A DNA stretch of 64,000 bases from an uncultured Pseudomonadota bacterium (lineage in GTDB: Bacteria > Oederibacteriota > Muellerivitia > Muellerivitales > Muellerivitaceae): assembly GCA_963843375.1 (NCBI GenBank), contig CAWJKT010000015.1:68305-132304 (forward strand). Direction: 5' to 3'. Shown here in pieces: positions 39,375 through 51,000 of the stretch (within the stretch, counting starts at the first letter, position 1; every line of letters starts with the position of its first letter). A program made the position numbers and the translations under genes. Under the pieces are notes generated by a model that was not told where the DNA came from, made no database searches, and was given only the letters and a program-made list of their open reading frames with translations.

Positions 39375-39655
39375 TCAAATCCTGAGCAATTCATGCCCTC
39401 TGGCGCCCGGAATAGGCCGAAGGTTTAATGTGCCTAGCCTTCAATTAAATTGATTTTCGGCATGTGATCGAAGACAAGGGGCAGACAAGGTGAATCGCCG
39501 TCAGTATAACATAGGGTTTTCGCCCTTTTAGGTCCCTTTTCCGTCCATTCGAGAGTTCTCCGAACCATTCACAACCAAGATGAGATATTTTTACTTTAGG
39601 GCATCAGCCCTCATCTTCCGGATTCACCCGGTGATGGAAGGGCTGATATTGGGCA

Positions 39656-39695
39656 ACGTCCGGGCCGATTGAAAGATTGGCCCGGCGTTATTTTT
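39656..39695 (+). terminator. Intrinsic-terminator-like hairpin with no upstream plus-strand gene (orphan)
   Basis: ACG(U)CCGGGCC, a 12-nt loop, GGCCCGGCGU, then UAUUUUU. A second long imperfect hairpin lies at ~39603-39650 (AUCAGCCCU..AGGGCUGAU). Confidence 0.45.
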
Positions 39696-39868
39696 AAAAG
39701 CGTCTCATCCTCCAAAAACAATAAGGAAATGGAATGGAAAAGGTCAAAAATAGCCCATGGAACTTTCCGAGAATTGATATCATTTCAAAAGATGTTTCTT
39801 TTCCGGGTAAGATATCCCGTTTTTCGACCCAAGATGCCGGAAACCTCATCAATCGGAAAGAATGGACC

Positions 39869-41020
39869 ATGAACAAAGCATGGAAAAAAATATTTTTACT
39901 AGATTTTGAGAAATCTTTTTTTTCTTCTTGCGGAAAATTGCTTCTTATTTGGAATCCTCTTTGGACTTTGATTGTGACCATTGCTTTAGGAAACCATTCC
40001 CTTACTTCAATCCTTTTTAGGTGGGGCTGGAATTTTTTGGAAGCCTCACTCGTTTGCTTCATGGGGCTCGCGGTGATACGGGTTTATCTTTTGGTTGAAA
40101 ATATTTGGGCTATTAAATCCTCAAAAAATCAACCCCGCCACGGGACAGGCTGGTACATGTTTTTCCTGGCCTTCCTGGCGCCACCTGGATTGTTTATAGC
40201 GGTTCGATTAATGGTTGCCGGAATAAATTATTTTTATGCCGGTGCGCCGATCGCTCCAAGCTTTCAATGGGAATATTACGGAACGGAAATATTTTGGGTT
40301 TGGGCGCTTTTGCTGGTTTGCTTTTTGTTTATGTCTTGGCAGGATTTGCGCGATTCGGTCCAAAGAAATCAACTTCGAGCGGAGGAACTGGAAAAAGAGA
40401 GGCTTCATGCCTTATTAACCAAGTTAAAAGACCAAATGAACCCGCATTTTCTTTTTAATACTTTGAACACGGTGGCATCCTTAATCCCGGCGGATCCTGC
40501 CAAAGCGGAGCAAGTGGTGATTAAGCTTTCCACTCTTTTTCAAGGCGTTTTAACTGCCACAAGAAGAACCCACCACCCACTGGAAAAGGAATTGGAGTTT
40601 TGTCGTGACTATCTTGATATAGAAAAAGTCCGTTTTGGATCGCGCTTGGAGTCCCATATTCATGTTGAAAAGGATTTGGATCCGGCGAGAGTTCTTATCC
40701 CGGTTTTGTTGCTTCAACCATTAGTTGAGAATTCTGTCAAACACGGTCTTTCATCCCGGGCGACGGGAGGTCACCTTTGGATCAACGCGTGCTTGGCCAA
40801 CGGTAATATGAAATTGAGTGTGGAGGATGATGGAGTCGGTTTTGGAAATTCCCCCTATTCGGGTTCAGGAACAGCTTTGGAAAATTGTAGAAAAAGGTTG
40901 GAGTTGGGTTTTGGAAAAGACGGGAAAATGGAGATTGTCCCTAGGGATAACGGGGGAACAAGAGTGACATTGATTTTACCGGTAATGAACGTTGATCTTT
41001 CGGATGAGGTGGAAAAATGA
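39869..41020 (+). CDS. LytS/YehU-type sensor histidine kinase
   Basis: Multi-TM N-terminus, NPHFLFNTLNTVASLI (His_kinase family), and HATPase LLLQPLVENSVKHGL..EDDGVGF..GSGTALENCRKRL. Track ORF 39734; ATG 39869 is the likelier start. Confidence 0.8.
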   Translation: MNKAWKKIFLLDFEKSFFSSCGKLLLIWNPLWTLIVTIALGNHSLTSILFRWGWNFLEASLVCFMGLAVIRVYLLVENIWAIKSSKNQPRHGTGWYMFFLAFLAPPGLFIAVRLMVAGINYFYAGAPIAPSFQWEYYGTEIFWVWALLLVCFLFMSWQDLRDSVQRNQLRAEELEKERLHALLTKLKDQMNPHFLFNTLNTVASLIPADPAKAEQVVIKLSTLFQGVLTATRRTHHPLEKELEFCRDYLDIEKVRFGSRLESHIHVEKDLDPARVLIPVLLLQPLVENSVKHGLSSRATGGHLWINACLANGNMKLSVEDDGVGFGNSPYSGSGTALENCRKRLELGFGKDGKMEIVPRDNGGTRVTLILPVMNVDLSDEVEK

Positions 41021-41766
41021 TCAAGGTTATGATCGTGGACGATGAAACCCCGGCGCGTACGCGCCTCGCTAGAATGCTCTCCACTTTCAAAGATATTGAA
41101 GTTGTTTCTGAGGCCTCCAACGGATTGGAGGCTTTGCAGATTGCCGAAAATCTAAAACCGGACTTGGCTTTTCTTGATATTGAAATGCCCGAACTTAATG
41201 GTTTGGAAGTGGCAGAAGCTTGGGGGGGAGGAGGCCCGATGGTGGTTTTTGTAACGGCTTATAGTGAGCATGCTTTGAAGGCCTTTGAACTTTCGGCGTT
41301 GGATTATTTGGTAAAACCCGTTTCCACGGAAAGGCTGACCGAAACAATTGAACGGATAAGAAAAAGAAAAAATCCAACCCCATTGGGGAACATTCAGAAG
41401 TTTCTTGAGAAATTGGAAGAGGGAAGAGTGAAACGGCGAATGGCGGTCAAATGTGGGGCTAAGTACCGTGTTTTCGACCCAGCCCAAGTTTCAGCCGTGA
41501 TCGCACGGGATCATTACGCTGTTATTTTGCTGGAAGGGCAAGAACTTTTGGCGGATGACAGTCTAGATACTTTGGCTCAAAGGCTGGACTCCGGACGTTT
41601 CTTGCGGATTCACCGCAGCGCCATTATCAATCTGGATTTTCTTAAAGAATTGGAACACGAAGGCGACCGAAAATATCTGGCGATTTTATCTGACGCAGTC
41701 AAAACACGTTTGCCTGTCAGCCGAGAACGATTGGACGAATTGAAAAAAGTATTGAACTTGGATTGA
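41017..41766 (+). CDS. LytR/AlgR-family response regulator (receiver + LytTR DNA-binding domain)
   Basis: VMIVDDE, DLAFLDIEMPELNG, DYLVKP. LytTR region ..FLRIHRSAIINLDFLKEL. 4-nt overlap with the kinase gene. Confidence 0.9.
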   Translation: MIKVMIVDDETPARTRLARMLSTFKDIEVVSEASNGLEALQIAENLKPDLAFLDIEMPELNGLEVAEAWGGGGPMVVFVTAYSEHALKAFELSALDYLVKPVSTERLTETIERIRKRKNPTPLGNIQKFLEKLEEGRVKRRMAVKCGAKYRVFDPAQVSAVIARDHYAVILLEGQELLADDSLDTLAQRLDSGRFLRIHRSAIINLDFLKELEHEGDRKYLAILSDAVKTRLPVSRERLDELKKVLNLD

Positions 41767-41875
41767 AGACGATGAAACACACTTTTTGTTACATGTGGGG
41801 AAATTGTTCTGGAGTGAGCCCGGTTTTTTATTATGGTTATAACGTTTTCTGGCCATTTTTTAAAAGGATTAATGA

Positions 41876-44800
41876 ATGTGGTTTTCCAACATATACTTCT
41901 ATGCAATAACCACAATTAAAAGCCTCCGGCTATTATTCGCTTTTTTTCTGCTGGTTTTGACGGCTAAGGGACTTGAGGCTCAAACAGCGGGTGTAACAAA
42001 TTCTTCGGGTTCCGTAACGGCAATTCAAAGCGCTTCGGCCCCTGCTACCGATTTGTCCGTTAGTCCACAGGAAGAAATCCAAATTTTGGACGCTATCGAG
42101 GCCCAATCGAATACCATTTCGGCTGGTTCTACTGCCCAAGGAACCACGGTTTCCACAAATAACCAAGGCCAATCCATTGCGGGCCTTAACTCCAATTCTT
42201 CTTCAGTTTCGGTTTCTTCTCCGACTCCTATTGCGATGAGTTATGCTCCGCCATCCGAACCCACGGGATTGAGTTTCTTGATTCTGAAAGAAGGCATTTA
42301 TCTCTCTTGGGCGGCAGCTTCGGCTAATTCAGCTGTCACGGCATATAATGTTTTCCGTTCCACAACCCCTGGGTTTGGATATAAAAAGGTTAATCTAACG
42401 CCATTGACTGCGCCTTATTTTCTGGATGGCGCCCAAAACAGCCTTTCACCCCCCCATAATGGGGAAGACTATTTTTACGTCATTACTTCCAACGATTCCC
42501 AAGGCAATATCAGTCCTTATTCCGACGAAATAGCGGTAACGCCCGAAGGCATGGAGATACCTGAAACGGAGGAGGAAAAAGAGGCTCGGAAACCCAAATC
42601 GAAGCCAACGCCCGAGGCTGAAAAGGTTCTTAATATACCGGATAAAATTAATATACAACTTCCTGCCGACACCTCACTTGCCATTCAGGGATACAAAAAA
42701 GTAGACATCCTTATGGCTTTCCAGGATTTCGACCGCCCAGCAATCAATGGAGTTTTACCGGAAGTGAACACGACCACCGTCAATCAAGAATTAGTCGTGA
42801 CTTTGCAGGGAAAAGTGGGGAAAAACGTCGACGTGAACGTTGATTACAGCGATGTCAACCGGGCAGGGGGCGTGGACCAGACTAAGCAGGATATTTCTAT
42901 CAAGTACCACGGGGACACAGATAGCGCTATCCAGGAGGTGGACTTCGGAGATCTACAACTTGTATTGCCTAACACGGAATTTGCGGGTTTCAGCAAAGAG
43001 TTGTTCGGCCTCGAGGCCAAAGTCAAAGTCGACCAACTCAACCTGACCACCTTTTTCGCTCAAACAAAGGGTATCTCTGAAACGAAAGTCTTCCAGGGGA
43101 ACGCTACCCAAAACGACATGTATATCCAGGATATAAGTTATGTTCCTTATAAATACTTCCTAATGACTCGAGATTACAAGGCCTATACCGATCCGACGTC
43201 AGGACAAACGGTAAATGGGGCCGGGCCGCAAAATAGCACGGAACAGATTTGGGTGGACCCGGGAACCGGAGTGATTAATCCTCTTGGACCCAATTTCAAT
43301 GGGCTTTTCGAGCATTGGCTACCGGGCCGGGATTACACGGTTGATTATTCAACCGGTATTATTACCTTCATTCGAGGGTTATCCCAATCCTCCCGGATCG
43401 CGGTATGTTTCCAAAGAAAATATGACGGGGCTTACATCGGGTTTGCCCCTGGTTCTACCACAACCATTGATCTCTCAAGCGCCAGTTTGTATGTGCCGGA
43501 TGATGGAATTGTGGGAAGGATTCCCCCGCCACCAATTGATCCTGGAAAAACGGTTGAGGGACATTTAATTAAAGATAACAACAACAGTACAGGAGGAACC
43601 TCCGCTACAGCTGTCGCCCTGAGCCCCAACTATCTGGTGAATTACTTTAATTTGGGAACCAACAAAATCACTCCCCCTCAAGAGGATCCCAATTTCATGT
43701 TCCAAGTCATTTCTCAGGGCACCAATAACGTCTTACAAACGGGACAAGGGGTCACGGCAGTGGGGGCCACTAATCCCTGGGTATACACCGTGAATTTGGA
43801 TTTTAACTATCTGACGGTCACTAATTCGAACTTTTACATAGCCCCTGGAACCATTCCCCCGGTGCCGAATGCTGCCACCTCCTTCCTTTGGCCTGAACGG
43901 CCTTTCGCCAATTTGGATACGACCGGCGGTTCCAGTTCAAGCAACACCCCCACGGACGTTTATGACCAGACCACAAGTCCAACCAGCCTCTATTCGATTC
44001 ACATCCGATATAAAACCCAATTAAATTTCTACCAGATGGGTCGCTTCAATATCATTCGTGGAAGCGAGTCGGTTTATCTCGACGGTCGCAAACTGCAAAG
44101 AGACGTGGATTACACTTTCGATTACACCTCGGGATTTCTGGATTTTGTCAACAAGAGCATCCTGACGCCCGCCAGTCAGGTTGTCGTTACCTATGAATAC
44201 GCTCCCTTTGGTACTTTCAGCGCCGATAACATCCTAGGAGCCCGGGCCGAATATGACGTTAACGACCATTTTTTTATTGGGTCCACTTTTCTGGAAAGTG
44301 ACGCTCAACAACCTATTGATGTCCCGCAAATCGGTTCCACACCTGATTCCCTAACTCTCTTCGATGCGGATGCGAAATTAGATCTTTTGTCGGAGGATGT
44401 TCAATCTATTACCGGCATTATTCCGGGTTTGGAAAGCTGGAAGCCGCCTCTGACCATCAAACTATCCGGAGAAATCGCCCAAAGTTTTTACAATCCCGAT
44501 ACTTTCAGCGCGGAAGGAGAAAACGGCGTGGCGATGGTGGATAACATGGAAGGCATCGACAGCGTTTCGGGACCATCCATGAATCAAACAAGCTGGTTGG
44601 TCTCATCTGCGCCACAGCCTGTTTTCACGTTCCTCCCGGGTTTGGTACCGGTTGCAGCTTCGGGTCCAAGCAATAACCGAACCCGGTTTTATAACGCGGG
44701 CGACGTCTAATCCCACCATGACCATTTTCCAGACGATTGGGACCACAAATGCGGTTGGCGGCACATATCAAAATTTCCCGAGTGTTCCTGCCTACGGGGG

Positions 44801-47800
44801 AGAAACCTACGCCAATACCCAGCAGGCGAACGACGCGGTCGCTGTTCTCCAATTTCCCTATACGAATTTAACCAACCAGAAGTGGGCCGGTCTGAGGTCG
44901 GTCATTTCCGCCAATGGAACCGATTATTCGAACGTCACCTTTTTGCAATCTTGGATTTATAACGACGGCAATCCGAAATGGGTCATGGTGGATTTTGGGG
45001 TGATTAATGAGGATTCAAATGGTAATGGGGTGTTGGATTTTGATCCGGGAATGACGGCGGTTCCGCAAGTTGCGGCTAATCCGAATTATGGAATTCCCAC
45101 ATTTTATTTTCAGGGTAACCCTTGGACCGGAAGCGATACAACGCCATTCGCTTCTCTTTTTGGGGGTGAGACCACTTCACAAGAGGGAGTCAGCGTTGGA
45201 AACGGCACCAGTTATGTGACGGAAAACATGGATGGCACTGGAATATTAAACACCAGCGATGCTTACTATGAATATGGTTTCCAAGTCAATTGGACAGGTT
45301 GGAAACAAGTAAAGGTACCTGTGAGTTACACCTCGGCAGACAATATGACCACCACTCCGGACGGGACCACTTATTTTTTCCATACGCAGGGCTCTGCCAA
45401 TCCGACCATTATCCGATCGGTGAGGGTTTGGACCACGGGGGAAAGTTCAACCCCGATCAGCGGCGATTTTTACATGCAAAATATCAGTTTCAGCCACAAC
45501 CTTTGGGTGTTGTCCGTGGACCCGACGGTAAATGCAAATGAGGGCATCACCGTTAATACCTCGAAGTTCGACGTGAATTCCATCAGCCAGAACCAGAATT
45601 CGAATTACGTACCCACTTTGCGTTTCATTACCGTTCAGGCGGGTCAGGACCAATCGGCCCTTCTATACCAGGAAAAATCTTTGGAGCTCACTTATAACCT
45701 ATCCAATGCGGATATTTATAACGGCCTTCCCGCTTATTACGCCACCCGGAGTTTCAATCCGGGGCTGGATTTCACCAATTACGATGATATCCGGATGGAT
45801 CTTTACATGCTTTCTTACCAGCCCGGGGAAGTCCTCTTCGTCAGGATCGGGAACGACCAAGCGGACTATTACCAATACAACATACAATTGGATGCTGCGG
45901 CCGTCAGTTGTTTGGACAATTGGGGGACCGTTGACCTGCCTATAAATGGTTCGGGAGGAAACCGGCTACAGGTGGGAACACCTTACATTAACCGCGCCAC
46001 CCAAGTCAGCTTTGGTATTCTTTCACCAAACGCCCCCGCGGCGGGGCACACGGGGGATCTTTGGATCAACAACCTCAGGGTCGCTAATGCCAACGTGCGA
46101 AGCGGTGTTGCCAGGCGTGTTGATGCGGCTTTTGTTTTTGGAAAAAACTTTGCCACCATCAATACCCGTTATCGGGAAGTGGACTCGGGTTTCACCGAAA
46201 TCGACCAAACCTCCACCCACTTCCAGCATTCCACCCAATGGGGCGCGGATTTTACATCAAGCGGCGTAACCCTATTTTCCCAACCTTTGGTCACCCAAGC
46301 CTCGCTCACCAGGCAGGACCTCTATACCGAGGCCGCCTTACTGGACAACCCTTACTATATTAATCTTCCGGATAGCCTTATTGACAATTTCACCGGAAGC
46401 ATCAGTTACACCAAAGATCTCGGCCCCAGTTTAGGGAGATTGACCGCCGTGCGTCTTTCCGGAAGCACCAACTATGAGACGGATGTCTATGAGGAAGCCT
46501 ATCTCAGCCAGCCAGGTGTGCAGGGCAATACACAAAAGGGAGAGGCAATCGAAACCTTGGCCTCCACCTATGACGCTCCGAAAAAATTATTTTTTATCTC
46601 CTTGGGTGCGAACCAATTCACGGAAAGCTACAGTTTAACCCACGATACCCAGGAATTTGATAACACCTCCTTTGCTCCTTATGACCGGCTTACCCGGTCT
46701 CAAAATTATTCATGGACGAACACCACGGAATTGTTGAAAAATCTCGTCTTTACCCCCGGTTATACTTTGACCTTGGTGGACGCGACGGGAAATACCAATT
46801 CACCCGGCGTTCCCGGCAGTGTTCTCGGGCTATACCCCTTTCAATCAGCGGTACCAGCCCAAGTTGGGTTTGGTTTATCGGGGCATACCGGGAATGATTC
46901 CCGCGGTGGATTTTACCGGTAGCAACCAGTACGATTATGTTTCCTATCCGGACGGAACCCGGTTCAACAACGCCAATAACCTGAATTATTCCCTCAACCT
47001 GACGCCGGGCAGCTGGTTTTCCTTGTTCCAGAAAATGAACCTGACGATATTTGGCGGGATCACCGAAAGCGGTACAGCCGCTATTCCGGATATTGCCAGG
47101 ATCAGCACCCCTGAATTTTCGGCATCGATGGTCTGACCAGCCCTGTATTGCCCCTCAATGGTTTTAACCCTTTTGACTTGCCTTAACCGGCAACCAGTCC
47201 ATAGCCCATCAATTGAACGCCAGTTTCCGGCTTTTCGACGTCTGGGATTTCCGGCCTACGGGTTCCTGGACCGACCAGTTAAGTCTTTTGTCCCAGGGCA
47301 CCTACCCCGTCAAACAGGATGGAGAAACACTTGGGGTTGACGACCATTTACAACAAAAAGATATTTACCCTTCCTTTCGTGAATTTCTCACTTAACTCCG
47401 CCCAATTTCAATATACCCATACGGGCACCATCCAATACGACAGCTCGGTTGCACCCGTTTCGCTGACATCGCTAATATTTCCAACGATACCACGAGCGAT
47501 ACCTATGGGATCACCTTGCCTTATGACATCAATAAAAAAGCCCAGGGCACCATCAAATTCCAACGCACCGTCGGTTACTCAGGATGGATTGTCCACCACC
47601 GATATTCCCACTTATCAATTGGATGACCAGGCTTCCATCGAATATGACCAGAAATTCGCGCCCAATGGAATCATCCATATTCCTTTCACTCATTTGAAGA
47701 TCAAACTTCAGGACGCCATCGAATTACAAGCGATCTTCCTCATGGAGTTAATCAATAACCAATCGACCTACATTTACAACAAGTCCAATCCCAAAGGTAC

Positions 47801-47946
47801 CGTGCTACAATTAATCTCAATTATAACGCCCTCAAGAATTTACGAGTCGGAATCGGCTTGGTGAATGAGTATTTCACAAATGACCTAAATTCCCAGTTGA
47901 GTTATACCTTGTGGCAGGTGACGTTTCCGCGGAAGCGCGGTTTTGA
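41876..47946 (+). pseudogene. Giant (~2,000 aa) SprA-like outer-membrane protein with an N-terminal FN3 domain; about 9-10 frame disruptions as given (one near 44.7 kb, the rest between ~46.8 and 47.9 kb)
   Basis: Signal peptide, then an FN3 unit (YNVFRSTTPG...). The block VVTLQGKVGKNVDVNVDYSD...ISIKYHGDTDSAIQEVDFGDLQLVLP...LFGLEAKVKVDQLNLTTFFAQTKG...YKYFLM parallels the SprA N-terminal signature as I recall it. The frame-corrected C-terminus ..LSYTLWQVTFSAEARF resembles an OMP beta-signal. Pieces lie in track ORFs 41876, 44652, 46819, 47213 and 47319. The 3' end is approximate. Confidence 0.55.
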
Positions 47947-48063
47947 GGATTGTGGCCGTTAAAATGATCGGAGCTATTTTGAGATCACCTTGAGACTTCT
48001 CCATCTTGTGGCGTTAAAATTCATTATGAAGATGCGTTATTAAAGAGGCGAGGAGACACTGAT

Positions 48064-51000
48064 TTGAAAGTTAGTTTTTTTAGGCGACAAGCATGGATGT
48101 TTTCGATGTTCTTGCTCATCTTCATCCAATCGGTTCCGTGCCCGTATCGGCTCAGGCCCCAGCGCCTAGCGGTTTAAGTGTTTTGCCGCCTTATGACGGT
48201 CAGGTGAACCTGGCAATGGACACCGGATATTTCCGAAACCCCAGCTGAAACGGCTTACGCGGTTTCCCGGGAATTGGTGAATTTGACCTGCTACCCCGAC
48301 CCCCACATCCACCGGACCCATCACACCAATCCTTACTTGTACACCCTATTGCGACAGTACTTTTATCTGCTATGCCTTCATCGCGGGAACTCCTGTTTAC
48401 CAGGATTTCCAGGTTACCAACGGCCGTTTTTACCTTTACCAAGTGCAGGGAATGGACGTAAATGGCCCAGGGACCGCGGCGCTGTGACTATGGCACCCTT
48501 ATCTTGCCCCCGCAGCCGTCCAACCTGTGAGCGTCTTGAACATCCACTCAAACGCCTTGGATCTTTTTTGGGGAGTACCAGTTTCCAGTTTTCCTGTTTC
48601 TTTTTACCAGGTATACCGGTACGAATATATTGCCACAACAGCCATGCCGACGCCCACATTCACCAACAGTCCCACGATAACACCAACTATAACTTCGACC
48701 CCTACTGGAACATGGAACACCTCAACGGCAACTTCCACTCCGACGCCCTTTACACCTACTCCCACAGCAACCACCGCATTTTCCACAACACCTCCCGTTT
48801 CCGTGGCCACGATTTTAACTAACGCGACTCCAGTAGCGACCGTCTTCGGAACGACCTACAGTGACCTATTTTCCTACCCCCACCGGAGCAGAGGCCTACT
48901 ATTACGTTGTAATGGCGGTTGATAGCGACACACCAGGAAATTTAAGCGCCCAGCCGACGCTTCCTTCCAATCCTGCATTGCCTCAAAACATGGCGCCGCC
49001 GGGCCCCGATAGCCTTACGGGAGCTACTCTCCACCACTTCCTATGGGGTAAGTCTTTCCTGGACGGGATCGTTGTCATCGGAGCAGGTAACGGCTTATCA
49101 GGTTTTGCAGAACGGTGTAACTTTGGCGACGATTCCATATTCAAATTTGGCACCGTAACCTATTTTGACAATACGGTTCCGGGGACAGGTTTACCGGTTA
49201 CTTATATAGTACAAGCGACAAACAACTTTGGGACGACGCCTTCCAATTCTATCTTTGTAACCGTCGTGGAGTGCAATGAAGGGAGGGATTCAAGTAACCC
49301 CTAACGCGACCACGAACTGCCGTGACCATAACCTGGCAACCGGCCACGGCCGGAATTTATGGATTGGGGGTTATCAGGTTTATAAGAGCCTATATGGGGT
49401 ACCGACCGCCAATTCAACCCCACGTTTCGGGGGAGACTGCGACTCCGACGCCTTTTTATGCCGTCACCTTTAACCCCACAGTTGGTTTTACGATCACTCC
49501 CGTAATTGATTCACCGATAATAAACCATATGAATTATTGGGTCCAACCGATGGATTCGAGCGGGCACGGAGGAGTGGTGGGAGTGGCTTTTCCGCCCGCT
49601 TTGAACTTGGCGCCAACGCCACCCTCCAATGTGGGTGCCGCAGCTCCCGTGGGAAATGATCAGATTGCTGTTTCCTGGACGGCGGGTGCTCCTGGATTTT
49701 ATGGGTCCACGCAGAATAACGTGATATTTCGGTTGAACTTTACCACGCCAACTCCAACTCCCCGATTTATCGCCAAGGTGCCAGCCAGCCAGCTTAGCTA
49801 TAATGACATTGCCCCAGAATTGACGCCAGGCACTCTCATCGGCTATCAAGTCGAGCTGTCCGACGCGTTAGGAAACACCTCCGATGCGTCCCTTTCGTCC
49901 AATGGAGTTAATACTTCCGCATTAACGAATCCTCCGGCCACACCCCGGGTATTACCCTTTACAGGAACTGTCAACTCAATTGTCTTTTCTTGGGCCAATA
50001 ATCCCCGAGCCGATTGCGTGACCAATTACCAGGTTTATGGTTTCGATTGGCTTACTCCGGTACCCCTTACTCCGACACCCGTTTTGGTTGTGCCGGTTAC
50101 AGGTTCTCCCACCTTCGTTTTTACTTTTGCTCCTACACCAACCCCCTGGGCCCCCAATGATTATTATCTTGTTGCTCAAAATAGCATTGGCAATAGCCAG
50201 CCAGCGACCATGAATGGTATCCCGGTGCCAACCTACAATGTCACGGCCGTAATTCCAACTGGAACCCAGCAAGTTTCGGTCAGTTGGAACCTGGTTCCGG
50301 CGCTAACGGTCACTCCTGTAATTGATTCTTATGGAGTCTACCGATCCCTGACACCGGACGCGAAATTTACATCCATTGCGACTGTTCCAATTTCAAGCAC
50401 TAGTTATTTGGATGTACCTCCCATCGCCACTGCTGGGGTAACTTATTATTATCGGATCACAGCAAGGTCGGGCCAGTCGGCGGAAAGTCCAATTCTTTTC
50501 CCAACGATGACGCCCGATCCACAAGCAAGCCTGTTGATTTGGCCCAATGCGCCTTCGGGAGTAACGGCCTTGTCATCCTCGTATAATCAAACGACTCTTT
50601 ATTGGGCGGGGAACGCCAGCCAGGAAGGGGTGACGGGTTATTCAATTTATCTGGACGGATCACCAACACCGGTTGCCACAGTTGCGGCGTATTTAAGTCC
50701 TTCCCCAACTGTTTCTTATATTGCCCAGGAAACCCCAGGAAATCTTTCTTATTACAGTGTCCAGGCCAATAATCCCTCAGGGGGCAGTAATTTATCCCAA
50801 TCGGTAAGTGTCTTGGTGCCTCCTGCCATAACGCCCGGCATAAACTTAACACCGCCGCTTTACGTGTCCCCAACTCCCAACCAAACTCCTGCATTTTCAC
50901 CAGGGGTTTGGATTACGGGTATGAACTATTTCCCTTCGATGACCCCCACATGGGTTACGGGTTATTCCATTTACAGATTAAGCGTTCCTACCCCCAGCAC

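Noticed and set aside
39669-40062. Small ORFs 39669..39872 (+) and 39694..40062 (-) in and next to the lptF/kinase intergenic region
   Set aside because: They overlap the kinase N-terminal coding region and the hairpin/terminator element. They show no motifs and no RBS, so they are probably non-coding.
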